From contig NC_014833.1 in NCBI RefSeq assembly GCF_000179635.2, positions 1,740,001 to 1,772,000 on the forward strand: a stretch of 32,000 bases of DNA, given 5' to 3'. Numbering within the stretch: position 1 is the first letter of the stretch; each line of letters begins with the position of its first letter. The notes under the pieces are model-generated. The model was not told the origin of the DNA. It did no database searches and was given only the letters and a program-made list of their open reading frames with translations. Positions 1 through 7,661 of the stretch are shown here, in pieces. The DNA comes from Ruminococcus albus 7 = DSM 20455 (lineage in GTDB: Bacteria > Bacillota > Clostridia > Oscillospirales > Ruminococcaceae). Made by a program: the position numbers and the translations under genes.

Positions 1-154
1 CCATCTTGAAAGATTGCCAGCAATGTATATGAATCTTGCATATCATTACGGTATAGATATGGCGGTCTGTGATTATATATCGGGTATGACCGATGTATTC
101 GCAGTAGAAACTTTCAAGGAACTTTTTATCCCCGCGGCATGGATGATAAAGTGA
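1..154 (+). CDS. 3' end of dGTPase-like HD-domain triphosphohydrolase (partial, enters from left edge)
   Basis: Frame 2 reads ...HLERLPAMYMNLAYHYGIDMAVCDYISGMTDVFAVETFKELFIPAAWMIK*, stop TGA at 152-154. The DYISGMTD..A motif is the conserved C-terminus of dGTPase-family proteins. These commonly precede dnaG in Firmicutes. Confidence 0.6.
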   Translation, partial: HLERLPAMYMNLAYHYGIDMAVCDYISGMTDVFAVETFKELFIPAAWMIK

Positions 155-169
155 TGATCATGCCGTATA

Positions 170-1984
170 ATGAGAGGGGGCATCTGTTTGGATCAGGAAT
201 TTCTTGAAAAACTGAAATATGAAAACCCGATCAACGAGGTCATGCGCGAGAACGGCGTTGAGTTAAAGACCTCGGGACGCGGTTATATGTGCAAATGTCC
301 TTTCCACGATGACAGCACAGCTTCCTGCAGTGTCGTGCCTTCACAGGGATTCTTCCACTGCTTCGGCTGCGGTGTCAGCGGAGATGTGGTAACTTTCATA
401 AGAAAGTACAGGAACTTAGGCTTCATGGACGCTGTAAATTTCCTGGCACAGCGTGCGGGAATGACAGTACCCACATGGCAGGGCGCGGACGATAAAAGCT
501 ACAAGCGCAGGATGCGCATATACGAGATGAACAAGTGTGCTGCAAGGTTTTTCCGCGACCAGCTGAAAACTCAGGATGGATTAAGGTGCTTGAATTACCT
601 CGTGCATACCCGTAAACTTTCTGCCGATGTTATAAAAAAGTACGGTATGGGCTTTGCTCCAAAAAGCTTCACAGCGCTGAAGTCATATATGCTGAGCTGC
701 GGCTACAGCGAGGATGAACTTGTATCTGCGTCGCTTCTGGGGCGTTCACAGACATCGGGCAGAACTTATGATTTCTTCATGGACAGGGCGATGTTCCCTT
801 TTATAGATGTTACTGGAAATATAGTCGGCTTCGGTGGAAGAACGCTGGGGGACGACAAGCGTAAGTACCTCAACACCGGCGATACTACCTCGGAAGAATT
901 CCGCAGGACTAATGACGAAAAAAAGCTGGACGGCTATTCAAAGGCGAGGTTCGTATTTTCCCTCAATTATGCCAAGGACGTTTCGGTAAAAAGCCGTGAA
1001 CTTCTTTTGTGCGAGGGCAATCTCGATGTGATATCCCTGTACCAGCACGGATTCACCAATGCGGTGGCATCCTGCGGTACAGCGCTTACACCCGAACAGG
1101 TCAAGGTAATGAAGAATTACGCCGATAAAGTCGTAATATGCTACGATGCCGATGACCCGGGACAGAAAGCAGCACTTCGTGCGGTTGGTATGCTGCGCAG
1201 CGGAGGTCTCGGCAGCAGTGTTATCCACATGGAAGGTGCAAAAGACCCCGACGAATATATAAACAAGTTTGGTGAGGATCATTTCAGGTACCTGTTAAAT
1301 AATGCCGCTGACGGCTTTGATTTTGAGCTTGGGTATTACTCACGAGGACTTGACCTTGAAAAACGTGACGATAAGATTCGTTTTTTGAAAATGGCATATA
1401 CTTCCATAGCCGGTGAACCCGACAGTACCGCTAGGGATACGATGGAAAGGCAGCTGTCAGAACAGTATAACGTTTCATTTGATGTGGTAAGGGCTTCGGT
1501 AGATGATATAATGATGCGTGAAATGGATACGCAAAGACGTGCAAAACAGCGCGAAGAAGTCAGAAAGACTATTGCTACCGAAGAGGAGAGCGCAGCTAAT
1601 AAGGCGGTCTACTGTGAACGCGGTTTGATATACTATATCTGTACCAATGCCGATTCGGCGCAGGAGATAGGTCAGCGTATCTCCCCCGAGGAATTCACTG
1701 ATGAGCTAAACAGGAAGATACTTCTGGAGATCTCGGGCAGGATAGCGCTGGGTGATATCGTATCACTTGATGTTATCTGTGAGACCCTCACCGAAGAAGA
1801 AGCTGACAGGCTCAAGCGTTCATTTACTAAGTACGCAGGGCTCAATGTCACAAGAGAAGTGGCGCAGCAGTATATTGACTCCATAAAGGAGTATAATAAG
1901 AAAAATGCGCCGCAGCAGGAAGATGGATTGACAGACAAGGATTATCTGAGAATGATGGAGGAACTGCGCAGAAAAAAACGCTGA
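170..1984 (+). CDS. dnaG: DNA primase DnaG
   Basis: CHC2 zinc finger CPFHDDSTASCSV..FHCFGCGVSGDVVTFI and TOPRIM motif LLCEGNLDVISL..VVICYDADDPGQKAA. Sits directly upstream of rpoD. The true start may be the in-frame TTG at 188, which follows a GAGAGGGGG RBS at 172-180. Confidence 0.95.
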   Translation: MRGGICLDQEFLEKLKYENPINEVMRENGVELKTSGRGYMCKCPFHDDSTASCSVVPSQGFFHCFGCGVSGDVVTFIRKYRNLGFMDAVNFLAQRAGMTVPTWQGADDKSYKRRMRIYEMNKCAARFFRDQLKTQDGLRCLNYLVHTRKLSADVIKKYGMGFAPKSFTALKSYMLSCGYSEDELVSASLLGRSQTSGRTYDFFMDRAMFPFIDVTGNIVGFGGRTLGDDKRKYLNTGDTTSEEFRRTNDEKKLDGYSKARFVFSLNYAKDVSVKSRELLLCEGNLDVISLYQHGFTNAVASCGTALTPEQVKVMKNYADKVVICYDADDPGQKAALRAVGMLRSGGLGSSVIHMEGAKDPDEYINKFGEDHFRYLLNNAADGFDFELGYYSRGLDLEKRDDKIRFLKMAYTSIAGEPDSTARDTMERQLSEQYNVSFDVVRASVDDIMMREMDTQRRAKQREEVRKTIATEEESAANKAVYCERGLIYYICTNADSAQEIGQRISPEEFTDELNRKILLEISGRIALGDIVSLDVICETLTEEEADRLKRSFTKYAGLNVTREVAQQYIDSIKEYNKKNAPQQEDGLTDKDYLRMMEELRRKKR

Positions 1985-2013
1985 CGCATAATAGTTCTAA
2001 CAAATAAGGAGAG

Positions 2014-3120
2014 TTGAATATGACTGACAAGAGCAAGATAATGGAAAACCTGATGGAACACGGCAAGCAGACAGGCAAGCTGACCACCAAGGAGATAACC
2101 GACGCACTGGAAAAGCTGAATTTTGATGTTGAGCAGATGGATAATTTCTATGACACCTGCAACAGCCTTAACATCGAGATCATCGACGACGTTGTTGTTG
2201 ATGATACACTTGATTTCGTTAATCCCGATGATGAACTGGATCAGGATGACGTTGATATTGCCCTTTCCACCGACGGTATCGCTATCGACGACCCCGTTAA
2301 GATCTATCTCAAGGAGATAGGAAGAGTGCCGCTGCTGACCTCCGAGGAGGAAATACAGCTGGCTGAGATGATGTCGGGTGACAACGACAGGGAAGCTGTA
2401 AAGGCGAGAAAGCGTCTGGCAGAAGCTAACCTGCGTCTGGTAGTATCAATCGCCAAGAGATACGTGGGCAGAGGTATGTCATTCCTCGACCTTATCCAGG
2501 AAGGCAACATGGGTCTTATCAAGGCAGTTGAAAAGTTCGATTACAAGAAAGGCTTTAAGTTCTCCACATACGCTACATGGTGGATAAGACAGGCTATCAC
2601 AAGGGCTATCGCCGATCAGGCAAGAACTATCCGTATCCCCGTTCATATGGTTGAAACTATCACCAAGGTAAAGAAAGTTTCTTCACAGCTTCTCCACAAG
2701 AACGGCCACGATCCGTCCCCTGAGGAGATCGCAGAAGAACTGGATATGAGCGTTGAGAGAGTACGTGAGATCATGAGGATAGCTCAGGATCCCGTATCCC
2801 TTGAAACTCCTATCGGTGAGGAGGAAGATTCTCACCTGGGCGACTTTATCCCCGATGATGATGCTCCCGCTCCCGCAGAGGCTGCTTCTCTGGTATTGCT
2901 GAAAGAGCAGATAGATCAGGTTCTCTCCACCCTTACCGAGCGTGAGGAAAAGGTACTCAGACTCAGATTCGGTCTTCAGGACGGCAGATCCAGAACTCTG
3001 GAAGAAGTCGGTCAGGAATTCAAGGTCACAAGAGAGCGTATCCGCCAGATCGAAGCTAAGGCACTGCGTAAGCTCCGTCACCCCAACAGGAGCAACAAGG
3101 TAAGGGATTATCTTGACTGA
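2014..3120 (+). CDS. rpoD: Primary RNA polymerase sigma factor (sigma-70/SigA)
   Basis: Region 2 [30 protein letters not shown] and region 4.2 [30 protein letters not shown]. Acidic N-terminal region. RBS AAGGAGA lies 7 nt upstream. Confidence 0.97.
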   Translation: MNMTDKSKIMENLMEHGKQTGKLTTKEITDALEKLNFDVEQMDNFYDTCNSLNIEIIDDVVVDDTLDFVNPDDELDQDDVDIALSTDGIAIDDPVKIYLKEIGRVPLLTSEEEIQLAEMMSGDNDREAVKARKRLAEANLRLVVSIAKRYVGRGMSFLDLIQEGNMGLIKAVEKFDYKKGFKFSTYATWWIRQAITRAIADQARTIRIPVHMVETITKVKKVSSQLLHKNGHDPSPEEIAEELDMSVERVREIMRIAQDPVSLETPIGEEEDSHLGDFIPDDDAPAPAEAASLVLLKEQIDQVLSTLTEREEKVLRLRFGLQDGRSRTLEEVGQEFKVTRERIRQIEAKALRKLRHPNRSNKVRDYLD

Positions 3121-3131
3121 GGTGTTGAGAG

Positions 3132-3563
3132 ATGTACATAACTCTCGAAGCGGATTACGCTGTCAGGATAACTGCTGCTCTTTGCAGGGCAGAAGGCAAG
3201 CTTGATGCAAAGACCATTTCCGATCAGACCTGTGTCACACTCAGGTTCTCGCTGAAGATACTGCGTAAGCTGGTATCAGCAGGGCTTGTACAGTCCTTCA
3301 AAGGTACTCAGGGAGGATATATGATAGCTATGGAACCTAAGGATATCACGCTCAGGATGGTCATTGAGGCTATTGAGGGTAAATACTGCTTTTCAAGATG
3401 CCTGCAGGAGGATGCTGAGTGTAGTCGGGGCGCATCGGGAAAATGTCCTTTTCAGGATGCTTTCTGCGATATAACCAAAATGGTATCAGAAAAGCTTGAT
3501 AGTCATAATTTTGCCGAACTGAACAGCAAGTATGAGGTCGCTGATGGAAATAACACCAAATAA
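3132..3563 (+). CDS. Rrf2-family transcriptional regulator (Cys-rich, possible Fe-S binding)
   Basis: N-terminal Rrf2 wHTH pattern (YAVRITAALC...ISDQTCVTLRFSLKILRKLVSAGLVQSFKGTQGGY). Cys cluster CFSRCLQEDAECSRGASGKCPFQDAFC. Confidence 0.85.
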   Translation: MYITLEADYAVRITAALCRAEGKLDAKTISDQTCVTLRFSLKILRKLVSAGLVQSFKGTQGGYMIAMEPKDITLRMVIEAIEGKYCFSRCLQEDAECSRGASGKCPFQDAFCDITKMVSEKLDSHNFAELNSKYEVADGNNTK

Positions 3564-4485
3564 CAAACGCAAGACCAGCTTTCGTCTCAGCGATGAGGCG
3601 AGAGCTGAAATTGACAGAGAATTTGCCTTTGTACCGGAAAGACACATTGATGCACCGATAATTTCTGAAGGGTATTATGATATACCTGAGGATATCACGG
3701 AAAGCGCTGACGAACCTATCATTGAAAAGCCGAAAAAGCATTGGCTAAGAAAGCTGGCAATAGCTGTGATGCTGCTTGGCATTTTAGTCATCGCAGTGGA
3801 TATAGGTATATTGTTTTTCACAGGACAGCTCTGGTTCAACGAACCCAGAAAAAGGGATTACCCGATAAGAGGTCCCGTTATAACCGACAAGGAAGGCGAG
3901 GTGCTGTGGAAACGCTTTTCACAGCAAAATATACAGATATGCTTTATACGTGCAACAAAAGGCGTTTCCTTTGAGGATAAGCGTTTTGAAGAAAACAAGG
4001 AAGGTTCTGGAAAAACAGCCCTGCCAACAGGTATGCTTCATGTTTTTGACCCATTTAAGGACGGCAAAGAACAGGCTGAGCATTTCATAGATGTATGCGG
4101 CGGCATGGGCGGCAGGCTTCGTCCTGTTGTTGACTGCGATTTCGGTCTGATGTATTCTATACTGCCTTCCGATGAAGAAAAGGTATCTGACAGATTAAGG
4201 GCATTTGTTGACAGGATAGATGAGGAATACGGCTGTACGCCTATCATAAAGTGCGATAAGGATGTTTATGATGATATTGCAGGAAAAGAGCGCTTTGCTG
4301 ACTGCCCGATATGGTACGTCAGCGAGTTCAGAAAGCTCCCCGATAATGTACGTGCCGATCTCTGGGGTTATAGCAGCCGTGTTAAATTCAGCTATTATGA
4401 AAGCAAAGGTTTTCTTGAAATGGTAGTGCTGAACGGCGGCGAAGATGATTATTATAAGCTGACCATTCACAGTGATACAGAATAA
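3544..4485 (+). CDS. Membrane-anchored protein with GH25 (lysozyme)-like domain, possibly catalytically degenerate
   Basis: One TM helix (LAIAVMLLGILVIAVDIGILFF). It is followed by RGPVITDKEGEVLWKRFSQQNIQICFIRATKGVSFEDKRFEEN...GMLHVF, which resembles the GH25 N-terminal pattern. The ORF track starts at 3532. ATG 3544 has a better RBS (GAGGT at 3533-3537). Confidence 0.5.
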   Translation: MEITPNNKRKTSFRLSDEARAEIDREFAFVPERHIDAPIISEGYYDIPEDITESADEPIIEKPKKHWLRKLAIAVMLLGILVIAVDIGILFFTGQLWFNEPRKRDYPIRGPVITDKEGEVLWKRFSQQNIQICFIRATKGVSFEDKRFEENKEGSGKTALPTGMLHVFDPFKDGKEQAEHFIDVCGGMGGRLRPVVDCDFGLMYSILPSDEEKVSDRLRAFVDRIDEEYGCTPIIKCDKDVYDDIAGKERFADCPIWYVSEFRKLPDNVRADLWGYSSRVKFSYYESKGFLEMVVLNGGEDDYYKLTIHSDTE

Positions 4486-4493
4486 AAAAACAT

Positions 4494-4606
4494 GGTTATC
4501 CCTTTAACACACCATTACAAAGTGATATATAACAATGAATCATCGTGTTGATGTTATTCTAGTTCTGATATTACACCAAATTAATTGGTGTTTAAACGGG
4601 ATAATC
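4494..4606. repeat. Imperfect inverted repeat (~21-nt arms) bracketing ~70 bp in the intergenic region
   Basis: Left arm is GGTTATCCCTTTAACACACCA at 4494-4514. The reverse complement of 4586-4606 is GATTATCCCGTTTAAACACCA. Confidence 0.5.
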
Positions 4607-4618
4607 AGATAAAAAAAT

Positions 4619-4647
4619 ACCGCCTGCGGATAGTATTCGCAGACGGT
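4619..4647. terminator. Bidirectional rho-independent terminator between convergent genes
   Basis: ACCGCCTGCG (4619-4628) pairs with CGCAGACGGT (4638-4647), 9 of 10 bp. There is an A-run upstream and a T-rich run downstream. Confidence 0.6.
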
Positions 4648-4648
4648 A

Positions 4649-5434
4649 TTATTTATTTTGTAAAGTATTCCGAAACTTCAGTGGAGTAGTACCGAAGTAT
4701 CTCTTGAAACTGCGTATGAAATTCTCGCTGCTGCTGTAACCGCATTCTTTTGATATTTCATCCACACTCATGCGGCTGTCTTTAAGGAGTGAAGCAGCCA
4801 GATCCATTGTTATTTTCTGTATATCCTCCCCGGGAGAAATCCCGAAGTGATTTTTGTAAAGAACACTGAAATGACTGCGTGTCATGTAGAAAGCTTCTGC
4901 CATACGCTCCACCGACCACTCTGCGGGTGCTGAGCTTACCTCACTGCGTATCTGTCGCAAACGCTGCACAGTCAGATTGTCTCGCTTTGCTTTAGGACTG
5001 ATATCTGTGCGGTTAAGACTAAGATCCTCTATGGCACAGCGGAGCGCATCTTCCATCTCTGCAGTGTGATCGTTCATCACATCGGTCAGCCACCAGGTTA
5101 TACGTGATATCTTTTCTTTGAATATCCATCCCGGAGCTGCATAAAATACCTCATTTACTGGGAGACCGCTGCTTTCCAGCAAAGGTTCGTCCTTGTATGT
5201 GAATTTAACATAGTCGTTTGTAAAGCCACCGCTGAAGGAGCGGTAATCTACCGGTTCATCGGGCGGGAATATCACACAGGCATCAGGCTCGGTAATGATA
5301 TTTGTGCCGCATAGCAGGATCTCAACCGGATCGTGAAAATGTACCAGCATATAACAGGGTTCGCCTGTGATGTTTATATGGAAGGTGTCATCTTCTGTTC
5401 TGTCGTTGAAAGCGCCCCATATCTTTATACTCAT
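4649..5434 (-). CDS. AraC-family transcriptional regulator
   Basis: C-terminal AraC HTH (WSVERMAEAFYMTRSHFSVLYKNHFGISPGEDIQKITMDLAASLLKDSRMSVDEISKECGYSSSENFIRSFKRYFGTTP). Its ATG directly abuts the vat stop codon (GAG AAA TAA ATG). Confidence 0.85.
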   Translation of the reverse strand: MSIKIWGAFNDRTEDDTFHINITGEPCYMLVHFHDPVEILLCGTNIITEPDACVIFPPDEPVDYRSFSGGFTNDYVKFTYKDEPLLESSGLPVNEVFYAAPGWIFKEKISRITWWLTDVMNDHTAEMEDALRCAIEDLSLNRTDISPKAKRDNLTVQRLRQIRSEVSSAPAEWSVERMAEAFYMTRSHFSVLYKNHFGISPGEDIQKITMDLAASLLKDSRMSVDEISKECGYSSSENFIRSFKRYFGTTPLKFRNTLQNK

Positions 5435-6085
5435 TTATTTCTCCCTGAGAAGTATATCTCTGATCTTAGTCCTGACTTTCTTCAACTCACTGCAGGTCAG
5501 CAGCGGTATCAGAGAATTGATCTCATCTATGCTCCTGTCCCACCATTTTAATCTCAGCAGCATATCCGTCAGCTCCTGATCAAAGCGCCTGCGAATTAGT
5601 CTTGCAGGATCGCCTGCCACTATTGTATATGGCTCCACATTGCTGCCTACCACGCTGTCAGCACCTATTATCGCACCATCACCTATATGCACACCGGGAA
5701 GTATCACGGCATTCTGACCTATCCATACATCATTTCCAATGACGGTATCGCCTTTCAGCGGAAGATCTTCCTTTGCAGGCGGCATCATATCCCAGCCTTC
5801 AAGAGTATAAAAAGGATAAGTTGTTACAGCATTCATCTGGTGATTTGCTCCGTTCATGATGAATTCCACACCGGCAGCTATCTGGCAGAAGCGTCCGATG
5901 ATAAGCTTGTCATCGTTCCAGGGGTAATGGTGAGTCACGTGGCTCTCGAAATCACTATCTGCTATATATGAAAACTCCCCAACAATGATATTTGGTGAAG
6001 ATACTGTTGGCTTGATATAGATCTCCTTGTCGTACCCTTTTATCGGGTGTATGACTTCGGGATCCGGCCTTTTTTCGTTTTTCAT
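5435..6085 (-). CDS. vat: Vat-family streptogramin A / xenobiotic O-acetyltransferase (hexapeptide-repeat)
   Basis: Matches Vat proteins along the whole length as I recall them: HYPWNDDKLIIGRFCQIAAGVEFIMNGANHQMNAVTTYPF, LPLKGDTVIGNDVWIGQNAVILPGVHIGDGAIIGADSVV, GDPARLIRRRFDQE..LLRLKWWD. Confidence 0.85.
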   Translation of the reverse strand: MKNEKRPDPEVIHPIKGYDKEIYIKPTVSSPNIIVGEFSYIADSDFESHVTHHYPWNDDKLIIGRFCQIAAGVEFIMNGANHQMNAVTTYPFYTLEGWDMMPPAKEDLPLKGDTVIGNDVWIGQNAVILPGVHIGDGAIIGADSVVGSNVEPYTIVAGDPARLIRRRFDQELTDMLLRLKWWDRSIDEINSLIPLLTCSELKKVRTKIRDILLREK

Positions 6086-6119
6086 AAAAGAGTACTCCTT
6101 TTATTATTATCATAATGTT

Positions 6120-6148
6120 AGTATACCACACAAAATGATAATTTTCAA
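6120..6148 (-). promoter_or_regulatory. Sigma-A promoter of the vat-araC operon
   Basis: Minus strand reads TTGAAA (6148-6143), 17 nt spacer, TGG-TATACT (6128-6120). RBS AAGGAG is at 6100-6095. Confidence 0.5.
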
Positions 6149-6288
6149 GCAGCATTTAAATGAAAAATGTCTAAATATTTATTGATTTGAACGAAATATG
6201 GGAACGTATTGCACATCACTTAATATTATTTTATGTGAAATGCAATCGTTTTCGATGTAGATTGTCTGGAAACGGGAACAAATTGCTA

Positions 6289-6435
6289 TTTAAATATCTG
6301 AAGAAATATGCTATATTATATTTGAAAAAGGGTGTAACGGATTAGAAAATAAGGTGTTTGTATAGTTTAAGACAGTTGATTATTCCCCAACGAAACGACC
6401 GCATACGCTATTACAGTGTATGCGGTCGATATTTT
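6289..6435 (+). ncRNA. Candidate small RNA: promoter-like element plus orphan terminator
   Basis: TTTAAA (6289-6294), 17 nt spacer, TGC-TATATT (6309-6317). About 75 nt downstream is a perfect 11-bp hairpin, CGACCGCATAC (6396-6406) with GTATGCGGTCG (6418-6428), followed by ATATTTT. No ATG-initiated ORF lies inside. Confidence 0.3.
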
Positions 6436-6503
6436 AGTAATAATATCAAGGATCGTATGATAAAATACGGATTCTGCTGGACCCGTTATTATTTATACGA
6501 TCA

Positions 6504-6630
6504 TTGTAAGTTTTGTATTTACAGGATAATATGCTGTAAATAACAGGAAAAAATGGAGTGGTTGTTCGGCAACTCGTACAGCATGGATCGGGAAGGTCTG
6601 CCGCTTTTTGGCAGACATTTTCTTTTGTGT
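6504..6630 (+). ncRNA. Second candidate small RNA or orphan terminator
   Basis: TTGTAA (6504-6509), 17 nt spacer, TAATAT (6527-6532). Hairpin GTCTGCC (6596-6602) with GGCAGAC (6610-6616) is followed by ATTTTCTTTTGTGTTGTTTTTGTT. Confidence 0.3.
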
Positions 6631-6658
6631 TGTTTTTGTTAAAACTCCGTAAAAAGCA

Positions 6659-6687
6659 TTGACAATCCAAATGTAATATTATATAAT
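6659..6687 (+). promoter_or_regulatory. Consensus sigma-A promoter of the LRR gene
   Basis: TTGACA (6659-6664), 17 nt spacer, TATAAT (6682-6687). Confidence 0.6.
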
Positions 6688-6787
6688 AATTACATATAAC
6701 AAATTCGGGGAAACTATCCCCGTAAAGATGAAGGATATTATAGCAGTAAGAAACATTCTTTTGACAATTAATACGGAGGGTATATTT

Positions 6788-7513
6788 ATGGCATTTGAGA
6801 TAGAAAACGGTGTTCTTGTCGGCTATACTGAAGAAGAAGGCATATCGGATATCGTTGTGCCTGACGGCGTTACTGAGATAGGTGAGGCTGCCTTCGGAGG
6901 GTGCAGTACACTCAGACATGTTACTCTGCCCGAAGGACTTCAGATCATTGGTGATTATGCATTTGGCTGCTGCCGCCACCTCAGGACTGTTAATATCCCA
7001 GACACTGTCAGGATGATCGGAGCAACTGCTTTTTTCAGCGATAAAAAAATGCATCCTGTGCCAATACCCGATAGTGTTGCTGTCATAGGCGAACACGCGT
7101 TTACGGATACGGCTGTGCTCGCAGGCAAAAAGAGGTATGCTGTATATGCATATCAGCTTCTTGCCGATAAGGATATGTTCTTTGAACGTGCGATAATGGA
7201 GTCTGAGACCAGCGGAGAGGTTGAGTTTGCGGCGCAGAAAATGGCACATCATCTGATGGGTACAGGTGTAGTAGGTGATACAGTAAACAAGCTTGCTCTT
7301 GACGGTCACAGACCAAAGGAGCTTACAGATGATGAGTATGACTATAATGTTGCATCTATCCATGCTTCAAATGAAGCTTACAAGATATGGCTTATAGATG
7401 AAGAGAAGTGTGCTGACTATACTTCCGATACACTGAAGAGAATGTTCGATGAGAACATGGATCATTTTATAAGACACTACTGTCACAAGTTTGTTATTGA
7501 TTCCAGAAAGTGA
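6788..7513 (+). CDS. BspA-type leucine-rich-repeat protein (no signal peptide seen)
   Basis: Repeated pattern VVPDGVTEIGEAAFGGCSTLRHVTLPEGLQIIGDYAFGCCRHLRTVNIPDTVRMIGATAFF..IPDSVAVIGEHAF. The ORF track starts at 6728. ATG 6788 is preceded by GGAGG (6775-6779). Confidence 0.75.
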   Translation: MAFEIENGVLVGYTEEEGISDIVVPDGVTEIGEAAFGGCSTLRHVTLPEGLQIIGDYAFGCCRHLRTVNIPDTVRMIGATAFFSDKKMHPVPIPDSVAVIGEHAFTDTAVLAGKKRYAVYAYQLLADKDMFFERAIMESETSGEVEFAAQKMAHHLMGTGVVGDTVNKLALDGHRPKELTDDEYDYNVASIHASNEAYKIWLIDEEKCADYTSDTLKRMFDENMDHFIRHYCHKFVIDSRK

Positions 7514-7538
7514 CACTTTCAACAACTTTAAGACTTTT

Positions 7539-7575
7539 AAAGACACTTCTGCTTTTGTGCGGAAGTGTCTTTTTG
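7539..7575 (+). terminator. Rho-independent terminator of the LRR gene
   Basis: AAAGACACTTC (7539-7549) pairs with GAAGTGTCTTT (7562-7572), a perfect 11 bp stem, followed by TTGCTG. Confidence 0.7.
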
Positions 7576-7596
7576 CTGAAAATTTTTGAGCCGCAC

Positions 7597-7625
7597 TTGC
7601 ATTTATTGCCATACCATGGTATAAT
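7597..7625 (+). promoter_or_regulatory. Sigma-A promoter of the asparagine-synthase-like gene
   Basis: TTGCAT (7597-7602), 17 nt spacer, TGG-TATAAT (7617-7625). Confidence 0.55.
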
Positions 7626-7661
7626 ATATGAGTATATATAAATTTCAGAGAGGTGTAATCA

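Noticed and set aside
6553-6642. 29-aa ORF MEWLFGNSYSMDREGLPLFGRHFLLCCFC
   Set aside because: It has a weak RBS, and the reading frame runs through the terminator hairpin and its T-tract. It is more likely incidental within a possible sRNA.
6446-7363. 305-aa minus-strand ORF
   Set aside because: It is antisense to the well-supported LRR gene and runs into AT-rich intergenic DNA. The translation is low-complexity with no RBS and no recognisable motif.
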